Shown here one piece after another: positions 57,801-64,000 of a stretch of 64,000 bases of DNA; the first letter of the stretch is position 1, and every line of letters starts with the position of its first letter. The notes beneath the pieces were generated by a model, which was given only the letters and a program-made list of their open reading frames with translations, was not told the DNA's origin and searched no databases. Source of the stretch: Bryobacterales bacterium. GTDB lineage: Bacteria; Acidobacteriota; Terriglobia; Bryobacterales; UBA6623. The stretch is taken from contig CBDCFO010000008.1 of assembly GCA_965216215.1 (NCBI GenBank), forward strand, positions 1,750,726-1,814,725, read 5' to 3'. A program made the position numbers and the translations under genes.

Positions 57801-58196
57801 AATGCTGCCGCTTCAGGCTTGAGGCGATCCGAAAGCGTCCAATTGTCAAGCGCTGAACGAAACGTGCCGGCGCGTGCTGCCCCGGTCCGGGCGTATCGTA
57901 TCCGCGATGATCCGCGAGTGGAGCTGCAGCGTCCGAGTCCGGAGTACAGCCAGTGCCTGTGGGAAGCGGGACTTGGGGTCGCCTCAAGAGCGGACCGCAG
58001 AGCGCGGTAGTGTCATCGCCTCGAGCAAACGATGCGGAAGGCAGCTTATGGGCGGCCTGAAGTACTATCGCAAACCCGGACGAATCAAGGGCTGTCGCGG
58101 TTTGCGGGATCTTCATGAACAATCCCGGCCAGAGAATGCTGCCACCGTGGAAACTTACCCTGTCGGCCGCGCGCCAAGGCACATCGATAATGGAAG

Positions 58197-59432
58197 TTGG
58201 CACCCCAAAGGAGCGGGACCGACCTGGCCGAGGCACGCGCCCGCCACGATTGGACAGATATGGAGCGGATCGTCAGGGATCGATTGCGCCCGCGTTTCGA
58301 CACTCTGGCGCGGTGCCAATCGACAGCCGAACTGGTGGCTTGCCCGCACTACCAGGAGCTCAAGCCTCTCGCCGACCGTGTTCTCGACTCGATCGAAACG
58401 GGTGAGTTCGCCACGGCAGGAAAACCGGCCCAGCCGGCATACCGGGTCGTGGCTTGGAACCTCGAACGGGGGATCGAGTACGAAGGCCAGTTGGCCGCAC
58501 TTCGCAGCCACCCCTATCTCTCATCCGCAGACATCTTTCTGGTCACCGAGACCGACGTTGGCATGGCACGCTCGGCTAACCGCAACGTCGCCCGCGATCT
58601 TGCCTGCGAACTCGGGCTGGACTACGCCTTCGCGCCGTGCTACCTGAACCTGTCCAAGGGGGCGGGCATCGAGAGCGAAGTAACCGGCAACAACGATCTT
58701 GGCCTCCACGGAAACGCTATCCTCAGCCGCTACCCGATTCGCAATCCCCGGTCCATTGCTCTTGGAAACGGCAAGGACAAGATGCGCGGACGCGAGAAAC
58801 GGCTTGGGCAGCAGACCGCCATTGTCGCCGAGATCGAGTTTCCCGACTTTGAAATCACAGTCTGCTCCGTGCACCTGGACGCCCAATCAAGCCAAGGCCA
58901 TCGCCGCAATCAAATGGCAGCGGTACTTGAGGGGCTGCCTCCCTCCGGGCCCACGCTGATCGGCGGCGACTGGAACACCACAACGTTCAACTCTTCAAGC
59001 GCGGCGTCCGCCATCGCGGGCTACTGGGTACGCGTCATGCTCGGCGCTCGAAACACGATTCGAAACCACTTCTTGCGGCCCTACACATTCTTCGAGCGGG
59101 ACCTGTTCCGCCTGCTCGACCAGCGCGGATTCGATTGGCGCGGACCGAACAAGCTCGACGAAAGAACGACTTCATACAATGTCGACGACGCCAAGACCCA
59201 CAAGAACCTTCTAGAGTGGGTGCCCGCCTGGTGTTTCGACTTCATCCGCTGGGCCTTGCGGGAATTCGACGGAAAATGCCCGCTTAAGATTGACTGGTTT
59301 GCAGCGCGAGAACTGCAAACTGACGCGCCGGTGGTGCTGCACGAGTTCCGCGAGGGCCGCGAACCGCCGTTGTCCGATCATGACGCGATCGGCGTGGACC
59401 TACTGCCAACGGCGCGGTCCCGACTGTCGTGA
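58197..59432 (+). CDS. Endonuclease/exonuclease/phosphatase family protein
   Basis: VVAWNLERG, TETDVGM, GNAILSRYP, SVHLD, GGDWN, SDHDAI. Confidence 0.85.
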   Translation: MAPQRSGTDLAEARARHDWTDMERIVRDRLRPRFDTLARCQSTAELVACPHYQELKPLADRVLDSIETGEFATAGKPAQPAYRVVAWNLERGIEYEGQLAALRSHPYLSSADIFLVTETDVGMARSANRNVARDLACELGLDYAFAPCYLNLSKGAGIESEVTGNNDLGLHGNAILSRYPIRNPRSIALGNGKDKMRGREKRLGQQTAIVAEIEFPDFEITVCSVHLDAQSSQGHRRNQMAAVLEGLPPSGPTLIGGDWNTTTFNSSSAASAIAGYWVRVMLGARNTIRNHFLRPYTFFERDLFRLLDQRGFDWRGPNKLDERTTSYNVDDAKTHKNLLEWVPAWCFDFIRWALREFDGKCPLKIDWFAARELQTDAPVVLHEFREGREPPLSDHDAIGVDLLPTARSRLS

Positions 59433-59511
59433 AGAACGGGCGCTGAGGCGGAGCCGGGACTGATCGAAACGCTCTCGGCGAGTCCCAAACATATAATCAG
59501 GAGAGCATTCG

Positions 59512-60135
59512 ATGCCTGTGCTGGAGGCCAAGGACATAGGGTTGGTACCAAACCTGCTGGCTAGGGAGGACTACCGGATCATGTCCGACCTTATCGAGGA
59601 ACACTCGAGCGTGCTCGACCTTGGCTGTGGCGAGGGTGATCTGCTTGCATGGCTGGAGCAGCGCAAGAGTGTTCAAGGCCGGGGCGTTGAGATCGCCCCG
59701 GAGAAAGTCAGGCGCTGCGTGGAGCTCGGGCTCTCGGTGTACCAAGGCGACATCAACAAGGGCTTGGCCGACTACCCGGATTCCTGCTTCGACTACGTGA
59801 TCCTGAGCCAGACGCTGCAGGTCGTGCGGAAACCTCTTGAGCTGTTGCGAGAGCTGCGGCGCGTCGGGCGCCGGGTGATTGTGGCGTTTCCCAACTTCGG
59901 CCATTGGTCCGTGCGGCTTTCCCTGCTCTGTAAGGGGAGAGCTCCGACGACAGGGCATCTGCCGTACGACTGGTACGACTCCCCAAACATCCGCGTCCTG
60001 ACGATCCTGGACTTTGAAGAACTGCTGCAAAGAGAGGGAATGCGCGCCGAGAATGCCTACTTCCTGCGACAGGGCAAACGTGTCAAGCGTTGGCGCAACA
60101 TGCGGGCCGAGTCAGCCGTTTACCTCCTCAAGTAA
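59512..60135 (+). CDS. metW: Methionine biosynthesis protein MetW (SAM-dependent methyltransferase-like)
   Basis: VLDLGCGEG, FDYVILSQTLQ, FPNFGHW, WYDSPNI. Confidence 0.88.
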   Translation: MPVLEAKDIGLVPNLLAREDYRIMSDLIEEHSSVLDLGCGEGDLLAWLEQRKSVQGRGVEIAPEKVRRCVELGLSVYQGDINKGLADYPDSCFDYVILSQTLQVVRKPLELLRELRRVGRRVIVAFPNFGHWSVRLSLLCKGRAPTTGHLPYDWYDSPNIRVLTILDFEELLQREGMRAENAYFLRQGKRVKRWRNMRAESAVYLLK

Positions 60136-61159
60136 TGGCCTGCGAATCCGCCAGCAACTCGGCCACCGCCTGCAAGACGGACGCTGGCTCGACGGATAGT
60201 ATGCAGCGGGGCTCATCGAACGCGTAGCACCGATCGCCGGGACAGGGCTTGCAGTCCCAAGGCGTCTCGATCACGCGGTGCGCCGTCTTCCATGGATGCC
60301 AGACCGCCGAGTCAGAAGATCCGAAGACGACCGCGCACGGAACTGCGAACGCAGCGGCTACGTGTGCAGGTCCCGAATCGTTGCCGACAAATAGCCGTGC
60401 CCCCGCAAGCAACGATTTCAAGGCGGCAAGGGAAAGCCCCGCTCGAATCTCGAAGCCCGAAAGCCGCTCGGAGAGGTCCGTGTCGCCGGGACCCGCTACG
60501 AAGACCGGGTCCAAGCAGTGGAGTTTCTTGATTTCCGTGGCGACGGCGCGAAAATGCTCCGTCGCCCACCGTTTTGTGGAGTAGGCGGCGCCAACGTGAA
60601 GAACGGCGTAGCCAGACCGGTCCGAAGCGGGCTCGGCATCTAGCCGGGCAGGCGGAATTGCGCCCTCTCCCACACCCAGATGGATCATCGCCGCTGCATG
60701 GTGCTCTGCAGTATGCACCTTCGATGCAGGCGGCCGGCGCAAGACTTCCTGGGCGCGCGGAATCCGCTCGTTGTAGGCCCACGAATGCCGAAAATGAGCG
60801 AAGCCTGCACGCCAGCGCGCTCCCGAGAGAGCAGTTAGCCATGCGGCGGTGGATCCGCCGTGCATGTCCAAGCAAAGACTGGGTCTCAGAGCACGGATCC
60901 GTCGCAGCAGGCGGGCCTTTGCCAACGCCCCAGCGGGTGAGCTGACCTCTAGAACCCCGTCGATATCCGGATTGCCAGCAAGTACATCGGCGAACTTCCG
61001 ATCCATCGCAACATGAATAGTGGCACCCGGGATCGCCCGGCGCAGCATCGCGAAGGAGGGCGTCGCCAGCACTGTGTCTCCGAGTGACCGCAGGCGCACC
61101 AAGACGATCGAGGGCGCCGGGCCCAGCCGGGCAAGAACAGGCTCGCCTCCGGCCGGCAT
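60128..61159 (-). CDS. Glycosyltransferase family 9 (heptosyltransferase-like)
   Basis: RLRSLGDTVL, KRWATEHF, GNDSGPAHVAAA. Confidence 0.88.
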   Translation of the reverse strand: MPAGGEPVLARLGPAPSIVLVRLRSLGDTVLATPSFAMLRRAIPGATIHVAMDRKFADVLAGNPDIDGVLEVSSPAGALAKARLLRRIRALRPSLCLDMHGGSTAAWLTALSGARWRAGFAHFRHSWAYNERIPRAQEVLRRPPASKVHTAEHHAAAMIHLGVGEGAIPPARLDAEPASDRSGYAVLHVGAAYSTKRWATEHFRAVATEIKKLHCLDPVFVAGPGDTDLSERLSGFEIRAGLSLAALKSLLAGARLFVGNDSGPAHVAAAFAVPCAVVFGSSDSAVWHPWKTAHRVIETPWDCKPCPGDRCYAFDEPRCILSVEPASVLQAVAELLADSQAIT

Positions 61160-61810
61160 CTACGCCGCACGCGACTCGGCCACGATATCCAGGAACCCCC
61201 GTGCCGCCGTCTCGATACGCTCGAACTCGCAGTCGACCAGCCAGTGCTTGTTCACCAGCTCGGAACCGACCGCAACAGCGCTAGCTCCGGCCTCGAAGAA
61301 CGCTAAGGCGTTCGTCAGATTCACTCCGCCCGTCGGGACCAGCGGCACTTGCGGCAAGGGCGCCTGCAGCGCCCTGATATAGCTCGGGCCCCCGAGCGCA
61401 CTGACCGGAAAGACCTTGACCAGCGTCGCTCCCGCGTTCCAGGCCGTCATGATCTCGGTCGGCGTCAGAGCACCCGGAACCACGCACTTCGAGTAGCGGT
61501 TGCAGATCTCGATGGTCTGGACGTCAAGGGAAGGCGTCACGCAGAACTCGGCACCGGCCAGCATGCAGTGGCGGGCAGTCGTAGCGTCCAGCACGGTGCC
61601 TGCACCCAGAATCATGCTGTCGCCGAACTCGTCACACGCCTTCTCGAGAATCTTCAGTGCTCCCGGTACGGTCATCGTGACCTCCAGCACCGGGATGCCC
61701 GCGCCGTGGATCACCTCGATCGCTTTCAGTGCGTGGCTCGCGGTATCGGTGCGGACGATCGGAATGATGCCCGAATTCAGGATGGTGTTCAAGACGTCTT
61801 GCTTCGCCAT
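61160..61810 (-). CDS. eda: KDPG/KHG aldolase
   Basis: LEVTMT, GAGTVL, PGALTPTEI, VKVFP, PTGGV, AVGS. Confidence 0.92.
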   Translation of the reverse strand: MAKQDVLNTILNSGIIPIVRTDTASHALKAIEVIHGAGIPVLEVTMTVPGALKILEKACDEFGDSMILGAGTVLDATTARHCMLAGAEFCVTPSLDVQTIEICNRYSKCVVPGALTPTEIMTAWNAGATLVKVFPVSALGGPSYIRALQAPLPQVPLVPTGGVNLTNALAFFEAGASAVAVGSELVNKHWLVDCEFERIETAARGFLDIVAESRAA

Positions 61811-62387
61811 GGCGCGCGAGAACCTCAGCCGATACAGTAACAGAGCGGCGGGCTGACGCCGCTTCGGTCCCTGCCAGGGTCAAGAATCCCGGCAGCCAGC
61901 CAGCCGAGTGCGGCTGTCTCGGAACGCTGGACCAAGCAGTTCCCCGCCCCGCACTGGCAGGCCATTCCCGGCCAGGTGACCGCTCGACAGGCTGGATTGC
62001 GGAAACGGTGGAGGCAGGCGTCCCGCTCGATCCCTGAACCGGTAGACAGGCAAACGTCATCTGGACGGGATAGTGATCGTCACAGGAGCTGACAGCTCCG
62101 ACAAGCCCTCGCGCACCGCAGACGCGGCGGCAAGGCCGATAAGGCAGGTGATCCCGAGAATCTCGTGCTGTCCATCGCGGGTGCTGTCGTCCAGGCGCAG
62201 GGCCCTGGGGTAAGCCACCAGTGCGTCCCGATCAGTGCCAAGGTGCCGAAGCCATCGATGCGGTGTCAGGATTCCTCGCCGACGGCTCTTTCCGGGACGC
62301 CTTGCGGATGGCCTGTGAGCGCCATCCGATGCCCCTGACACCTGCCCTCAGGTCCTCTGCAGCGCGAAGGCACCGCTACACTGGGGC

Positions 62388-63602
62388 ATGGCCTCGCAAG
62401 AGTTGGCCCTGTCCGGCGGAGAGCCGATTCGCAAAGCCGGCTACCCGGATTGGCCTAGGCTCGGCCCGGGCGACCTGGACCGGATTCGCGAAGTTCTTGA
62501 GAGCAACTACTGGGGCGGCGAAAACCCGTCCGTGCGGTCGTTCGCGGAGCTCTTCGCGCAATTCCACGACGCAAGATTCGGCATCGCAGTCTCCAGTGGA
62601 TCGATGGCGCTCGAACTGGCTTTGCACTCAGCCGGTATTGGGAAAGGCGACGAAGTGATCGTTCCCGCTCACAGTTTCATCGCCACCGCTACCGCCGTGA
62701 GCCGGGTCGGGGCGGAACCGGTATTCGTGGATGTCGATGGCGACAGCTTCAACATTGACTCCGCCCAAGCGGCGGAAGCGATTTGTGACAAGACCCGGGC
62801 AATCATTCCCGTGCATTTCGGGGGCGTCATGGCGGAGATGGACCGCCTTGCAGACATTGCCTCGTCGAACGGGCTGATGCTCCTGGAAGACGCGGCGCAC
62901 GCGCACGGTGCCGAATGGTACGGAACACGAGCGGGCGGGCTGGGCAGGGCTGGGATCTTTAGCTTTCAGAACTCGAAGGCAATGACGGCCGGAGAGGGTG
63001 GCATCGTCATCACGAGCGACGAGAGCCTGGCGGAAACCGCACACTCGATCACGAATGCGGGAAGGCACCCGGAGGGCGGTTGGTTCGAACACTTCGAGCT
63101 CGGCACTAACCTTCGGATGACCGCGCCACAAGCGGCGGTGCTGCTGGCACAGCTGGAGCGCCTCCCGCACGAGATTCAATTGCGAGCAACCAATTTCGCG
63201 CGATTCGAGGAGGAGCTTGGCGAAGTCGAAGGGATCGCCCTGCAGAAAGCTCCAGCCGGGGCGACGGCGCAGACCCGCTACATCTTGCCGGGACGGATCA
63301 TGGAGAAGCAGTTCGGCGGCGATCGCGATCGTTTCGTCGAAGCATTGCAGGCGGAGGGCGTGCCTGTGCGGCCGTTCTATCCCCACCCGCTGTATGCGAA
63401 TCCAGTGTTCGGGGAGTGGCCTCACCGCAAGCTGCAGTGCCCCGTCGCCGAGCAATTGACCCGGGATTCGTTCTGGATTCCAATGCGGGTCTTCATGGCA
63501 TCGGAAAGCGATGCCGCAGACGCAGGCAGGGCGATCGCCAAAGTGCATCAGGCGCTCAAGCCGAGCCGTCGCAGTTCCACGAACGGATTGCCGGCTGCGT
63601 AG
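62388..63602 (+). CDS. DegT/DnrJ/EryC1/StrS family aminotransferase
   Basis: GDEVIVP, PVHFGG, LEDAAHAHG, FSFQNSKAMTAGEGG. Confidence 0.9.
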   Translation: MASQELALSGGEPIRKAGYPDWPRLGPGDLDRIREVLESNYWGGENPSVRSFAELFAQFHDARFGIAVSSGSMALELALHSAGIGKGDEVIVPAHSFIATATAVSRVGAEPVFVDVDGDSFNIDSAQAAEAICDKTRAIIPVHFGGVMAEMDRLADIASSNGLMLLEDAAHAHGAEWYGTRAGGLGRAGIFSFQNSKAMTAGEGGIVITSDESLAETAHSITNAGRHPEGGWFEHFELGTNLRMTAPQAAVLLAQLERLPHEIQLRATNFARFEEELGEVEGIALQKAPAGATAQTRYILPGRIMEKQFGGDRDRFVEALQAEGVPVRPFYPHPLYANPVFGEWPHRKLQCPVAEQLTRDSFWIPMRVFMASESDAADAGRAIAKVHQALKPSRRSSTNGLPAA

Positions 63603-63879
63603 GGACTGCGGCCCGCAACGTCAGGTTCCGGTCGAATCGCACGCGGTCAGACGGCCTCATGGACGGGCAAGATTCCGTGCGCAGGGCTCGAAACGACCAG
63701 CATCCTACGGCTTCTCATCGCGCAAACCGCAGTCCGCACCGCTGGGATTTCCAGCAGACGCGGCTGGAGCGCCCTTCGACGAGCCAGACAACTCAGCGAG
63801 CAACAACGCGACCGCCGGCAACGCAGTGCCCGTGGATGCTTCCTCCCACGGGCCGTCGTCAGGAGATCACCTGCCGACG

Positions 63880-64000
63880 TCACTGAACGCCAAGGCAGTA
63901 CAGATACTCGGCGGTGCGGATGAAGATCCGGTTCCCCGCTTCGGCGGGCGATGCAAGGGTGTAGTCATCGAGTCGATTAACGGCCAGGATTTCGAATTCG
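63880..64000 (-). CDS. C-terminus of a PQQ-like beta-propeller protein (runs off window)
   Basis: EFEILAVNRLDDYTLASPAEAGNRIFIRTAEYLYCLG-stop, typical of the BamB/PQQ-like repeat tail. Confidence 0.7.
   Translation of the reverse strand, partial: EFEILAVNRLDDYTLASPAEAGNRIFIRTAEYLYCLGVQ

Noticed and set aside
62057-62341. 94-aa ORF with a TPR-like phrase (DALVAYPRALRLDD) in the eda-DegT gap
   Set aside because: Single short motif, no RBS, low-complexity N-half; at most a remnant.
1-64000. rRNA, tRNA, tmRNA, CRISPR array, prophage genes
   Set aside because: None recognised on either strand by eye; tRNAscan-SE, barrnap and minced would be needed to exclude them formally.

Overview
64 kb of GC-rich bacterial chromosome. 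The gene families and operon order point to Acidobacteriota, Bryobacterales/Solibacter-like (inference; no marker gene is in the window). Most of it is housekeeping or accessory metabolism: clpC, xylB-plsC-folC-accD, asd, fluC, hemE-hemG, mce-meaB, an alternative-complex-III-like operon, rsmE, a Phd-PIN toxin-antitoxin pair, metW, a GT9 and eda. Five things stand out. (1) An 11,994-bp stack of five nested mobile elements (23545-35538). All four IS elements can be peeled off using their terminal inverted repeats (IRs) and exact target-site duplications (TSDs), and the intron using its splice boundaries. An IS3-family element carrying passenger genes split a DUF1080-like gene; an IS21 sits in one passenger gene; a DUF4338-fused IS4 sits in istA; an ISNCY-like element sits near the right end; a group II intron sits inside the ISNCY left IR. 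(2) A lipoprotein rhodanese whose catalytic Cys codon is an in-frame TGA, a probable selenoprotein missed by the ORF track. (3) A single ORF fusing topoisomerase III, RecQ and HRDC. (4) A stand-alone ~130-nt candidate sRNA with its own sigma70 promoter and intrinsic terminator. (5) A Tat-signal ThDP enzyme in an operon with a cytochrome c and a translationally coupled unknown protein. No rRNA, tRNA or CRISPR array was seen. All calls come from reading motifs by eye; no database search or folding program was run.
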